Below, in pieces: positions 29,926 to 43,771 of a stretch of DNA of 64,000 nucleotides. Numbering within the stretch: position 1 is the first letter of the stretch; each line of letters starts with the position of its first letter. Origin of the DNA: Eledone cirrhosa (taxonomy: Eukaryota); the NCBI GenBank assembly GCA_964016885.1, contig OZ024765.1, positions 1,488,001 to 1,552,000 on the forward strand, in the 5' to 3' direction. The translations under genes and the position numbers were made by a program. The notes beneath the pieces are model-generated. The model was not told the origin of the DNA. It saw only the letters and a list, made by a program, of their open reading frames with translations, and ran no database searches.

Positions 29926-30154
29926 TAGAGAGAGTGAGATAGAGAGATGTGAGCCATTGTGAAAGAAAAATATGGAGTGACAGTTGTTTCCTGTATGTAA
30001 AAAATGTACAATGTATGTATTAGTGACAACGATGGTGTGATTTGAAATATATATATATAGGGTGTATATAAATCCAATATATATTGGATTTATATATCCA
30101 ATATATATATATATATAGGGTGTATATAAATCCTATATATATATATATATATAT

Positions 30155-30211
<57 letters not shown>

Positions 30212-30250
30212 GATATTAACAAATGAAAACTATATTTATAAAACCATATT

Positions 30251-30315
30251 TATTTCATTATACATATTTCAAGGACACCAAGTTAAATTATGGTGTGCTT
30301 TCATCAGATAAAATA
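30251..30315 (-). ncRNA. Type I hammerhead ribozyme motif (family B)
   Basis: Minus strand: TATTTTAT-CTGATGA-[AAGCACACCA..TGGTGTCCTT]-GAAA-TATGTA-TA-ATGAAATA. Confidence 0.75.
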
Positions 30316-30442
30316 TAATATAGAGCAGTTTTATAAATATATATATATATATATCAACTAGAAATAGATTGACACATATATATATATATAAAATAAACAT
30401 ATGAAACAATCACAGGGAATAATCTGTAAAGACATGACAACC

Positions 30443-30488
<46 letters not shown>

Positions 30489-31051
30489 GTATTTATGTGT
30501 GCGTATACACATGTATATATGCGCACTCACAAATATGTAAGCATACACACATACATATGCATATGTACACATACATATAGATATATGTATATATACTCAT
30601 ACATATACAGTGTCCCCCAAAAAACTGTATACACACTATCATTAGAATGCTGTTGAAGTGTATATACATTTCTGGGGACACCCTATGTATTCACACATAT
30701 ATATATATATATATATACAAACATATATACACATATACATAGAATGTGAGTTAACCTGCCCTACATGGTAGTTAGAATATTCAAACGAACTGAATGAATA
30801 TTTGATGTGTGTAGGTAGACTACAAGACTAGATTTGATTTACTTAACACAAATGTGACTGTGACTTCGAAGTATGAAGTGTATAGAGAGAGTGTGTGTGT
30901 TGTAATTACATTATATACGGGGTGGATCTCATACTTCGGTGTCTGGGGCAATTAAAAACTAATTAATTCAACTTATAAAGAACCAAGGGATCGGTCTAGT
31001 GTTGTCGGTGCCTGATTGGGTGTGTATCATGAGTGTATATATATATAAATG

Positions 31052-31103
<52 letters not shown>

Positions 31104-31201
31104 TGTGTAAATATATTATATATACATTTAATGGCTAAGTGGTGAACCAAACTCTACTTCGGTATTGAGTACTTTTTCTCATGCCTCTCATTAATATACG
31201 T

Positions 31202-31238
<37 letters not shown>

Positions 31239-31315
31239 AGCATATATGTATAAAGTGTGTATACATTTTTGGGGTCAAACCATGTGTATATCTATATATA
31301 CATATATATATATAT

Positions 31316-31396
31316 AGGGTGTGCCTCCCATAAAATGTATACACACTTTAATTAGAATGCTGTTGTAGTGTATATACATTTTTGAGGGACACCCTG
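31316..31396. mobile_element. ~80-bp Tc1/mariner-type MITE (copies ~30607-30685, ~18735-18810)
   Basis: AGGGTGT..AAAATGTATACACACT..AGTGTATATACATTTT..ACACCCTG inverted termini in TA context. Confidence 0.6.
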
Positions 31397-31598
31397 TATA
31401 TATATATATATATATATAATATACACACACGTATTATATATACACGTGTTTTACATATATATATATACACACACACACGAATGAAACAGTTTTAGTCATG
31501 TAGAAGCCTTTTCTATATAAAACTGTCGTCACTCTATTAATGTATTGAGTACTTTGATTACTGTGACTACACCCGATTCTACTCGGGATCAACGTGTG

Positions 31599-31630
<32 letters not shown>

Positions 31631-31887
31631 CACACATATGTGTGTATATTATATATATATATATACACACACGTGTGTGTATATATATAATATATATATA
31701 CACACGTGTGTATATATATATATATACATATATATATACACACACAAATATGTAGTGACCTGGTGTAATGTGACACACACATGTATGTGCTGGATGTGTA
31801 TATATATATATATATATATATGCATACATAGCATATACTAAGGATGACAGTACAAAGAGTAACCCGTTTATTAAAGAGGTGTGACTA

Positions 31888-31938
<51 letters not shown>

Positions 31939-32024
31939 TTCAGTGTGTGTATGTATATATACATATGTGTATAGAAAGTAGCATGGTATGGTATGACTAT
32001 ATTCATTGTATATGCATGTATATA

Positions 32025-32057
<33 letters not shown>

Positions 32058-32310
32058 TATAGATACAAGTGCCTTCATGTTATATATACATACATACTAG
32101 TATAGATTAGTGGTGTATATATATATATATATATGGTTGGCCTGTGTATATATGGGCGCGACGATGTGTAGTTAATAGTGACATGATTTACAATTCGATC
32201 GGCGTAGTATGTGTGTGTATATATATATATATATATATTAATGTATATAGTATGTGTATATATTAGTCACTCTGTGCAGACACACACATATCTATGTCTA
32301 TACACACATC

Positions 32311-32341
<31 letters not shown>

Positions 32342-32640
32342 GTTAATGTGTGTGTGAACAAACACGCACGTGCTTTATATATATATTTATAAGAGTTTAT
32401 ATATATATATTATATACACATATATGCGTGTATGTATGTATAATTATATTATATATACTGGTAGAAATAGAAAAAAAGTTGTATATACACACTGGTGTAA
32501 AATTTAATAACGTCAAGATGCCGAGGTATGTGAAATAAACTATATATATATATATATATTATATATATATACTAACAATGTGGTCACCATGGATTATATG
32601 TATGTATGTATGTATATATATATATATATATACACATAGA

Positions 32641-32672
<32 letters not shown>

Positions 32673-32745
32673 CACACACATATAAATATGTGTGTAACAT
32701 CTATACTGATATAGTTACATATATATATATTTATGTATTTATATT

Positions 32746-32777
<32 letters not shown>

Positions 32778-32779
32778 TC

Positions 32780-32818
<39 letters not shown>

Positions 32819-32949
32819 GAAATGAAGCCGTCCCAATGTAAAAGACTATAATAATGGGTCACAATAAATAATAGTTGAGGAAATCTGGTGATGTACCGCT
32901 GGGGGTGGGAAAAGTGGACATATATATATATATATATATATAAACACAC

Positions 32950-32980
<31 letters not shown>

Positions 32981-33120
32981 TATACATACACACATATATA
33001 TATATGTACACACGAGACTTAAAAGGAGGACGAACGACAATGTGTGTATATATATATATATTTATTATATGTATATATATATAGTACAATGTGTGTAGTA
33101 TAGTGTCTTGTACGTACGTA

Positions 33121-33161
<41 letters not shown>

Positions 33162-33246
33162 TAATGTGTTTATAATATAGTAAAGTACAGTGTGTACATA
33201 TATACATATATATGTACATACTTGTATCTGTATACATATATATGTA

Positions 33247-33296
<50 letters not shown>

Positions 33297-33316
33297 TATA
33301 TATATTATAGATTATG

Positions 33317-33347
<31 letters not shown>

Positions 33348-33447
33348 CTGGTATGAAACTACGACCACAAGAGACACTAACACTCCAATAAAACTCTATA
33401 ATATATAAAATGAAGACACCCAGTGCAACCCTCACCAAATCACTTAC

Positions 33448-33626
33448 CTCTCATAACAATACCGAAAGGCCAGAAATATGACCGCAACCACCAAGGACCA
33501 GCACATGTCCATAGCTTTCGGGTAATAGACATTTTCATCTTGGCTTTCTAAATCTTTCCAAGATGTCCCAATGGGTAACCAGAATTTTTCAGACCATAAA
33601 GTCTTAGCAAGGTATTCCGAGTCCAT
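33448..33626 (-). CDS. Ceramide synthase (CerS5/6-like, Lag1/TLC family), first coding exon
   Basis: MDSEYLAKTLWSEKFWLPIGTSWKDLESQDENVYYPKAMDMCWSLVVAVIFLAFRYCYE(R) matches the W.E.FWLP...W.DL.....YP N-terminus of metazoan ceramide synthases. It ends at a strong AG|GTAAGT donor inside the Arg codon. Downstream exons not found in the window. Confidence 0.88.
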
Positions 33627-33664
33627 GTTCAAAGCACACGCACGCGCCTTCTCCCGCTTTCGAA

Positions 33665-34072
33665 CTGTTTCTCTCACTCTCTCTATATCTCTCACTGTGT
33701 CCCTCTCTATGTGTCTTACTGTATATCTAGCTCTCTCTGTCTCTGTCTTACTATCTATCTCTCTCTCTCTTTTTCTTTCACTCTCTGTCTTACTATCTCT
33801 CCATATGTCACAATCTCTCACTGTCTATCTATCTCTCTCTTTCTCTCTCTCTCTCTCCGTCTTAATATCTATCTATGTCTTACTATCTCTCACTCTCTCT
33901 CTCTCTCTCTCTCTCTCTGTCTTACTATCTCTCCATCTGTCACAATCTCTCACTATCTATCTATCTCTCTCTTTCTCTCTCTCTCTCTCCGTCTTAATAT
34001 CTGTCTATGTCTTACTATCTCTCACTCTCTCTCTCTCTGTCTTACTATCTCTCCATCTGTCACAATCTCTCA

Positions 34073-34106
<34 letters not shown>

Positions 34107-34232
34107 TTCTCTCTCTCTCTCCGTCTTAATATCTGTCTATGTCTTACTATCTCTCACTCTCTCTCTCTCTCTGTCTTACTATCTCTCCATCTGTCACAAT
34201 CTCTCACTCTCTCTCTTTCTCTCTCTGTCTTA

Positions 34233-34264
<32 letters not shown>

Positions 34265-34420
34265 TACTATCTCTCCATCTGTCACAATCTCTCACTCTAT
34301 CTATCTCTCTCACACTCTCTCTATATGTGTCTATATATCTCTATATCTCTCTCCGTCTTACTATGTCTATGTCTTACTATCTCTCTCACTCTCTCTCCGT
34401 CTTACTATCTGTCTCACTCT

Positions 34421-34458
<38 letters not shown>

Positions 34459-34530
34459 CACTCTCTCTCTCTCTCTCTCTCTTACTGTGTCTATATTTCT
34501 CTATATATCTTTCTCTATCATACTGTCTAT
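33665..34530. repeat. (CT)n-rich compound repeat immediately upstream of the CerS start
   Basis: Direct reading; recurring TGTCTTACTATCTC units. Confidence 0.9.
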
Positions 34531-34874
34531 CTATTGTATGTAAACTCCCCCCTTTGTAATTGTCCCCTTCTTTTGTACCCCTGTGGCTAATAAAAAAACA
34601 TATCTATCTATCTAAGAGGAAAGGGGTACTCACTCTTCGTACTCCTGAAGATGAGGGTTGCACATTTTTTCGGGGGTATGTGTTACCCATATGAAATGTC
34701 TCCCCCTATTGGGGAAAATCGATTAACTTTTAAATTACATTTGTGATAACATTTTACACGTTTTTATTGTATGTAAACTTCCCCCTTTGTATTTGTCCCC
34801 TTCTTTTGTGCCCCTGTGGCTAATAAAGAAACATATCTATCTCTCTCTCTCTGTCTGATATATAGATAGACAGT

Positions 34875-34990
<116 letters not shown>

Positions 34991-35143
34991 TAGAAGTTGT
35001 ATTTAATTTGTTGGAAGTCCGACAAACATAAATGTTTATAACTAATTTAGAGCACTCAACAGTTTTGGAGTCTTGGTTGCCCTTGAAATATATATAATAA
35101 AATAAATATGGTTTTATAAATATAGTTTCCATTTATTTAATAT

Positions 35144-35183
<40 letters not shown>

Positions 35184-36576
35184 TAAAATAACAGATTAAA
35201 GTTTAAGCAAAGAATCACTGCTTTCACCCTGAATGATTCTTTGCTTAAACTTTAATCTGTTATTTTAATAAATATTTGCTCCACGGTTCTTATATATTTG
35301 ATAATTGTTTATCCTTATCGAGCCCTCTTTGGATTTTAGTCTTCACATTTATTATTATTACTATATATAAATATATGATGGCTGCCCCCTCGTTATCGAG
35401 TATGGCCATTGCACGATATACCATTATTAATAATTATTAATTAATTCTATCGTGCAATGCCTGTGCGTGAAGATATATATACACATATATATACACATAT
35501 ATATACACATATATATACACATATATATACACATATATACACACGTATATACACACACATATATATACATATATATACACATATATACACATATATATAC
35601 ACATATATACACACATATATACGCATATATATATACACATATATGTACACATATATGTACACATATGTACACACATATATGTATACAGATATATATACAC
35701 ATATATATACACATACATATATATATGCATGGTGGCTGTCAACTCGTTTTCGAGTACGGCCACTACTTTATATCCATGTAGGAGAACCCCTACCGATGCG
35801 CTGAACGAGTGTGACTTTTTAGTCCAGCCAGCGACTTGAAAACTCTGGTACAAACACTACACTTGTGACAATTATTGACACATAGTGCTGGGCCCATGGT
35901 ACCATGTGACGACAAGTGCAGAGAGATCTCCAGATATAAAGCAATGCCTGTGCCGTGAAGCTTTTATAGTGAGCAAAGGCACTGTACAAAGCCAGTCCCA
36001 CTCTCTTAACCAAGATGATATTTACCAAAAAGAAGAACAAGTCAACATCATTGGATACCATCAGGGTTGCAGGTGTTATATCAGAGTTTTCCTTCTCCTA
36101 GAATTCTGGCTTGATAAAGGCTAAGGGGTCATCTCTCCCGGTGATTTTGGATGGCCATTGACTCTTAAGAGCTCCTTTGCCCTTTGACAGGTTTTGTTTT
36201 TAGTCCTGCAGGATGTCCAAAGTCACCTGTATATATGTGTGTATATATACACATATATGCACACATATATACACACATATATATACACACATATAATATA
36301 TACACACATACATATATATACACCCACACATTACATTATCAATGTAATGTACCCTCCCACTTGTTCATGCCTGTGTTGGTATCACTCTCCTCTCTCTTTA
36401 ATATCAGTCTTTCTTTCTCTTCTCTTCCCTTCTCTAATACATCTATCTATCTCTCTGATTTCTCTCTCTCATTATCTCTTATTATCTTAAACCCTCCCTT
36501 TATCTTCTTTACTCTCTCTAAACTATTTTCTTTATTTCTCTTTCTCTCATTCAAACTTTCTATTTACCAATTATCT

Positions 36577-36664
<88 letters not shown>

Positions 36665-36670
36665 TATGTG

Positions 36671-36730
<60 letters not shown>

Positions 36731-36734
36731 TGTG

Positions 36735-36805
<71 letters not shown>

Positions 36806-37397
36806 TGATTAACATATAAATAAACATGAATAATCACAGGAGATAATTTTTACAAGTGTGTAAGCACACATAGCTAGGTAGGTAACTAAATAAAGTTGAC
36901 CAGAACTTCAAAAATAGATACCTTATAATATGATTAATCTTCCCTGTATATATTCCATTAAAGAAATATATTTCACCAATTAATCGGATGGTAAACCACG
37001 GAAGTGGAGACTTGGATTTTCAACAAGGAAGAAGTTCCAGCAATCCGTGTTTACACTTCAAGTTCAAATCAGCGACTGGTCAGTAACACGTGCTATATCT
37101 ACTAGAAATACACACATCATACTAGCTTCGTGCCAGTGGTGTGAATATTTTTGAAGTTCTGGTCAACTTTATTTAGTTACCTACCTAGCTATGTGTGGTT
37201 ACACACTTGTAAAAATTATCTCCTGTGATTATTCATGTTTATTTATATGTTAATCAATTTCTAGTTATTATAAAATGCTCGGACCTACTCGTTAGAATCT
37301 TAGAGCTTATTTTGCGGGTGATATGGCGCATGTCTTTCTGGAATGACACCCATAATTTTGATTTAGATTAAATTCATTTGATTTATCTTAATTTTGG

Positions 37398-37449
<52 letters not shown>

Positions 37450-37454
37450 AAATG

Positions 37455-37496
<42 letters not shown>

Positions 37497-37954
37497 TGTG
37501 ATATATATAGGTGATGATGATGATGATGATATATATATATATATGGCGGTACTCAGTAGCAGAGAAGACCCGCCTTACCTAAATACAAAGTAAAACCTAC
37601 TAGTCAGTAGGCATCTCTAACAAAATACACCCCTGCCCCCTTCAATGCAAAGTTATGTTGGTGCCACAACATCCAGGCCAAAACAAATGAGATCGTGTAG
37701 GTGTCACAACAAAAAACACACACTCCACGCTGTAATGTGGCCGTGTAGGCAACACGGTAAAAACCTCCCAGCCCCACACTGTAAATGTGGTTGGTGTTAG
37801 GAAGGGCATCCAGCTGTAGAAAACACGCCAGACAGTCCTATGCGAGCAAGACAACCACTCTTGCCTCAAGTGGGAAAACCCCCGTCCAAACCCATGCAAG
37901 CGTGGAACAGGGACGTTAAACGATGATGATGATGATGATGATATATATAACAAA

Positions 37955-38228
37955 CACAAACAGAAGACTGAGATGGTATGGACATGTGATGTACATGAAG
38001 GATGACCGCTGGGTAAAGAAGTGCCAAGAAATGCCAGTTGAAGGAAGATGCAGTAGAGGAAGACCACGAAAAACATAGGCGGAGGTGGTGAGAGCTGACC
38101 TCAGATCACTGAAGCTCACGGAGGAGATGACGAAGGACCACGACAAGTGGAGAGATGCTGTGCTGAATAGGGCCCGTCCCACCCTTGCAGGCAGAGAAAA
38201 GCAGACTTATGATGATGATGATGATGAT
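37955..38228 (+). mobile_element. RTE-clade LINE 3' fragment
   Basis: RRLRWYGHVMYMKDDRWVKKC..GRPRKT motif and (ATG)n tail. Confidence 0.75.
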
Positions 38229-38436
38229 GAAAGAAAGTGTGATAAGAAACCAGGTGGACCATAATGCACCAGAGTACTCAATACTTAGGGTAGTAGAGTG
38301 GGTAGTAGGAAAAGAGTCAGGACCCCGACAGCTGAGCTCCGGCCATTTCGACAGCTAAATTCGAACGGCAAGATGCATTCGGATCTAGCTGCTGAAGTGG
38401 CTGGAGCTCAGCCGTCGGGGTCCTGACTGTTTTGCT
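38229..38436 (-). mobile_element. Family A element, fold-back form (diverged)
   Basis: Same unit with inverted arms. Confidence 0.65.
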
Positions 38437-38854
38437 ATATATATATATATAGAATGGCTTCTACAGGACGAGAACTGTTTCATTCGAAAGAAATCATTAG
38501 GGATTTCCTGATAATTTCTTTCAAATGAAACAGTTCTAGTCCTGTAGAAGCCATTTCTATATTAAATATCTATACTCTGCTATGTATTGAGTACCTTACT
38601 TACTGTGGTTACCCCCGATTTAACCTGGGACACACACATACTCTTTTCCTATATATATATATATATATATATCATCATCATCATCATCATCATTTTAAGT
38701 CTGCTTTTCAAACAATAATAATAATAAGGAAATCTCTATACATATATATGTGAGTCCAGAAAGAGCTCTGCCGTCGGGGGTCATACATTTTCCTATATAT
38801 ATATGTGTATATATATATATGTGTATATATATATATGTGTATATATATATATGT

Positions 38855-38902
38855 CAGGCTAAAGAAATTGGGGACCAGAACCCAACGAAACTTGAGTACC
38901 TG
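38855..38902 (+). ncRNA. Decayed hammerhead ribozyme motif (family E)
   Basis: CAGG-CTAAAGA-[TTGGG..CCCAA]-C-GAAA-CTTGAG-TA-CCTG with core G5 mutated; sister copy on the minus strand at ~60965-61022 has palindromic CTTAAG. Confidence 0.5.
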
Positions 38903-39107
38903 TTTATGTCACTGTTGTAATTATATATATATATGATGTCCCACCCTTGCAAGCAGGGAAAAGCAGACGTAAAATGATGATGATGATGATGATGATGCAA
39001 CACTGATTCATTGTTCCCTTATATATATATCTCTATATATATATGTCCCAAGGCTCTGATACCATCAACACTATACACACAGAGCTGGCATATCTAAGAA
39101 CTGACTA

Positions 39108-39163
39108 ACTGCCTGATGAGGTCATAGCCATTTGATGGCTATCATCGAAATATATATAGCAGT
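39108..39163 (+). ncRNA. Type I hammerhead ribozyme motif
   Basis: ACTGC-CTGATGA-[G..ATAGCCA TTTGA TGGCTAT..C]-GAAA-TATATA-TA-GCAGT. Confidence 0.78.
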
Positions 39164-39214
39164 AAATAAAGGATTATGAGTTCATGAAATTGACTTACGT
39201 TTCGTCACTATATA

Positions 39215-39557
39215 TCATTTCATCATCATCATCATTTTACGTCCACCTTTCCCTGCTTGCAAGGGTGGGACGGGAACTGATTCTGGCTTGATTTCTACAG
39301 CTGGATGCCCTTCCTAACACCAACCTCATTTACAGTGAGTGCTGGGTGCTTTTTTGCCGTGGCACCTCCACGACCACTTTACAGTGGAATGATAGGGACC
39401 CCAGTCCTATCATCTCATTTCTACAGCTGAGTAAACTGGAGCAATGTGAAATAAAGTGTCTTGCTCAAGGAAACAACACATCACCCGGTCTGAGAATTGA
39501 ACTCACAACCTTTCGATTGCAAGGCCAATGCTCTAACCACTAAGCCACGTGCCTCCA
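39215..39557 (-). mobile_element. SINE S1 copy
   Basis: Reverse complement of S1. Confidence 0.85.
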
Positions 39558-41145
39558 TATATATATATATATATATGTATTGTACAAAGCGAAACCTACA
39601 GTCAGTAGGCACCTCTTAACCAAATATACACCCCAATCCACTACTCCTACCCTATCCTCCCACTCCCACCAACACCACGAGAAAATGAGATCTAGGTCAT
39701 GTAGGTGTCACGACAAAAAAACACACAGTCCACGCTATAATGTGGCCGTGTAGGTAACACGGTAAAAACCTCCCAGTTCCACACTGTAAACGTGGTTGGT
39801 GTTAGGAAGGGCCTCCAGCCGTAGAAAACCTGCCAGACAGTCCTATATGAGCGAGACACGGTCACCTGACCAGCCTTGCCTCAAGTGGGACAACTCCCGT
39901 CTAACCCATGCTGGCGTGGAAGATAGACGTTAAACGAAGATGATGATGATGATGATATATATATATTTATAGATATATATAAGGAAACAGAGTATCAGTG
40001 TTGCATCATATATATATTTAATTACATATTACATATGTTTCATTGCCGATCCGCTCAAGGAACGTTCAATTAATGATCAATCCTCACTCGGAATATCCTC
40101 ACTCAGAATATCCTCACTCAGGAGATCCTCACTCAGGAGATCCTCACTCAGGGAGATCCTCACTCAGAATATCCTGAAAGATTTCCTCGTGATTTCTGTC
40201 TTGTCTCAATAATATTTATTGATTTGTTAGTTTAACAAAACAAAAACATTGTATCATTTAATTTGACTCATTATCGTTTATTTACTTTAGTAATTTGTGG
40301 CTTAATTATCCTCCTAACTAATGTAACACATGTGTTTATATATATATATATATATATCATCATCATCATCACCATTTTACGTCCGTTCTTCCACGCTAGC
40401 ATGGGTTAGACGGGTTGTCCTGCTGTGGGCAGTGTCCGGTCGGCTGACCATGCCTTGCTCATACGGGAACTGATCTGGCTTGATTTCTACAGCTGGATGC
40501 CCTTCCTAACACCAACCTCATTTACAGTGAGTGCTGGGTGCTTTTTTCCGTGGCGCCTACATGACCACTTTACAGAGTGTACTGGGTGTTTTTTTGCCGT
40601 GGCACCTCCACGACCACTTTGCAGTGGGAGGGTGTGGGGGCATATTGTCTATATGCTTCAGCTTCGGCTTGTTCCCGTGGGAGGTCGAGTACTATATATA
40701 TATATATATATATTTATTAAAATAACAGATTAAAGTTTAAGCAAAGAATCGCTGCTTTCACCCTTAACGGGATCTTCTGAAACTAACAAAGTCAATCTGT
40801 GAACGCAGAAGAAAATATTTAAAAAACGTTGCAACCGGAGGAAGACAGGAAGACGATACTTTGGTTTGTGGAAACGTTCCCTTCACAAAACATACAGGTA
40901 ATATATACTTACTATACAAATAAGTAATGGTATAAACATAACATATACTTAGCTACCACATCAAGACGTCAAATATCCTCGTATAGTTCGTACTATCCAT
41001 TAGGGTATAATGTGGGGTTGTAATATAGGAAAGTGTTGTGCAATTTATGGTTACAAGCCGAATTCCAGGGCCTCAGAGGACGCTGAGGGTACATGGTAGA
41101 GCCCTCTTTGGGTTTTAGTCTTCTAATTTATTATTATTACTATAT

Positions 41146-41330
41146 ATTGGATTGGCAGTATCGGAAGAGGGTCGGACGCCATGCTTTCCAGCAGAGTTAC
41201 GTCTCTTTACGATCTGAGTTCAAATCCCGCCGAGGTTGACTTTGCCTTTCATCCTTACGGGGTCGATAAAATAAAGTACCAGTAATGCACTGGGTAATTG
41301 CTGGCCTTGTGCCTAAAGTAGAAACAATTA
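41146..41330 (+). mobile_element. tRNA-derived SINE (family S2); other copies ~10070-10258(+), 13500-13680(-), 45955-46148(-), 49850-49985(+), 59345-59490(+)
   Basis: TGGCAGTATCGG A-box-like, GAGTTCAAATCC B box, GACTTTGCCTTTCATCCTT..GGGTCGATAAAATAAAGTACCAGT body. Confidence 0.8.
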
Positions 41331-41554
41331 CTATATATATATCTATATAACAAAGGAAATGTGGTAAGGAACCAGGTGGACCATAACGCACCAAAGTACT
41401 CAATACTTAGGGTAGTAGAGTGGGTAATAGAATTAGCCGTCGAAACGGCTTGAGCTCAGCCGTCTGGGTCCTACTCGTTCCTATATATATATATATATAT
41501 ATATGTGTGTATATATATTTATATATGTATGTATGTGTATATATATATATACAC

Positions 41555-41586
<32 letters not shown>

Positions 41587-41639
41587 ATATATTTATATAT
41601 GTATGTATGTGTATATATGTATACACATACACATCATCA

Positions 41640-42065
41640 TCATCATTTTACGTCTGCTCTTCCCTGCTTGCAAGGGTGGGACGGGTCCTATTCAGCACAG
41701 CATCTCTCCACTTGTCACGGTCCTTCGTCATCTCCACTGTGAGCTTCAACGATCTGAGGTCTGCTCTCACCACCTCCGCCCATGTTTTTCATGGTCTACC
41801 TCTACCACGTCTGGCATTTCCTGGCACGTCTGGCATTCAACTGGCATTTCCTGGCACTTCTTCCCCCATCGGTCATCCTCCATGCGCATCACATGTCCAT
41901 ACCACCTCAGTCTCCTCTCTCACGCACTACATTCTATCCCTCTCAGACACAGTTTCTCTCTCAACACATCCATGCTGGGTCGTTCACGCACATTTACACT
42001 GCACATCCAACAGAGCATGCTTGCCTCATTTCTCTCCAGCTGTCGCATATCCTCTGCAGTTACTG
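41640..42065 (-). mobile_element. RTE-clade LINE 3' fragment
   Basis: Broken translation ..LERNEASMLCWMC..LREKL..ERRLRWYGHVMRMEDDR..GRP.KTW..; ends in the same tail as SINE S1. Confidence 0.8.
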
Positions 42066-42502
42066 CATGTTTCACATATATATATGCACAAATACATACA
42101 TACATAGTCTGTCTTAAGCCAGAAAGCTCATTAGGCTGGTGCTTATCCTGGTTTCATGGCATGAAGCGAGTGAGAGTACAAGACGTCCCCCTGGACAGGA
42201 CACCAGTCCATTGCAGGGTAAATCCCCAGATATTGCTGCTGGTACTCATTTTCACCTGAGTATACTGGAACAATGTGTGTATGTATATATATGTGTATGC
42301 TTATATATATATTATAATAATAATGAAATTATTGTGTACAGTGCTCAGGTGCACTACAACTCATCAAAGGTGCATGTATAGTACATAGGGTAATGTACAA
42401 ATGTCAGGAAAATAAACAGTGTATGAGTCATGATATAATAACAATAACAATAATGAAATATTGTGCACAGTGCCCAGGTGCACCACAACCCATTGAGTAA
42501 AA

Positions 42503-42542
<40 letters not shown>

Positions 42543-42623
42543 ATATATGTATATATATATATATATGTATGCATATGCATGTATATATATATGTATATAT
42601 ATAAATGTATATGTATATATTTA

Positions 42624-42707
<84 letters not shown>

Positions 42708-43045
42708 CATCATTGTTTAATGTCCATTTTGCACCCTTGCATTAGGGTGGATGGGGTGACTTTTGTCATGTCCTCAACACAACCACTTCACAGGGTCGGC
42801 TGAGCACTTTCTATTGTGTCACCAGCACAACCACTTGACAGGGTGGAATGGGTGCTTTATCTCATGTGACAAACACAACACCCTTCAGAGGAGGGGGTAG
42901 GTGTTTTTGTTTTGGTTCCAGTTCAGCACAGAAAATGTACTTAGTCCTCATTGTCATGGCAACAGCATCATGGTAGATTTTTGTAGAGCGTGTCCTGCAT
43001 TCCTACTTGTATGTATGTGTTGGGCAGCAGGGATGTGTCATACTT

Positions 43046-43114
<69 letters not shown>

Positions 43115-43159
43115 TTGGCCACCGCTGAAATACAATGTCGGTAAAATTATATTTGTATA

Positions 43160-43510
43160 TATCATCATTTCATTTTCATCATTTCATTTTACGTCCGCTT
43201 TTTCCCTGCTTGCAAGGGTGGGACGGGAACTGATGCTGGCTTGATTTCTACAGCTGGATGCCCTTCCTAACACCAACCTCATTTACAGTGAGTGCTGGGT
43301 GCTTTTTTGCCGTGGCACCTCCACGACCACTTTGCAGTGGTATGATATGGACCCCAGTCCCTATCACCTCATTTCTACAGCTGAGTAAACTGGAGCAATG
43401 TGAAATAAAGTGTCTTGCTCAAGGAAACAACACATCACCCAGTCTGAGAATTGAACTCACAACCTTTCGATTGCAAGGCCAATGCTCTAACCACTAAGCC
43501 ATGTGCCTCC
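43160..43510 (-). mobile_element. SINE S1 copy
   Basis: Reverse complement of S1. Confidence 0.85.
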
Positions 43511-43585
43511 ATCATATATATATGTATATATATATATGTATATGTATATATATATATATGTCTATATATATATATATATATATAT

Positions 43586-43771
43586 AGGAACCAGTAAGAC
43601 CCCGACAGCTGAGCTCAAGCCGTTTCGACGGCTAATTCTGGAATTAGCCGTCGAAACGGCTTGAGCTCAGCTGTCGGGGTCTTACTGGTTCCTATTACCC
43701 ACTCTACTACTTCAAGTATTGAGTACTTTGGTGCGTTATGGTCCACCTGGTTCCTTACCACATTTCCTTCG

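Noticed and set aside
33627-33821. N-terminal extension of the CerS ORF in the ORF track
   Set aside because: It runs through (GA)n repeat; family homology starts at the ATG at 33626.
34640-34705. CTGAAGA..GAAA hammerhead candidate
   Set aside because: No helix I or helix III pairing found.
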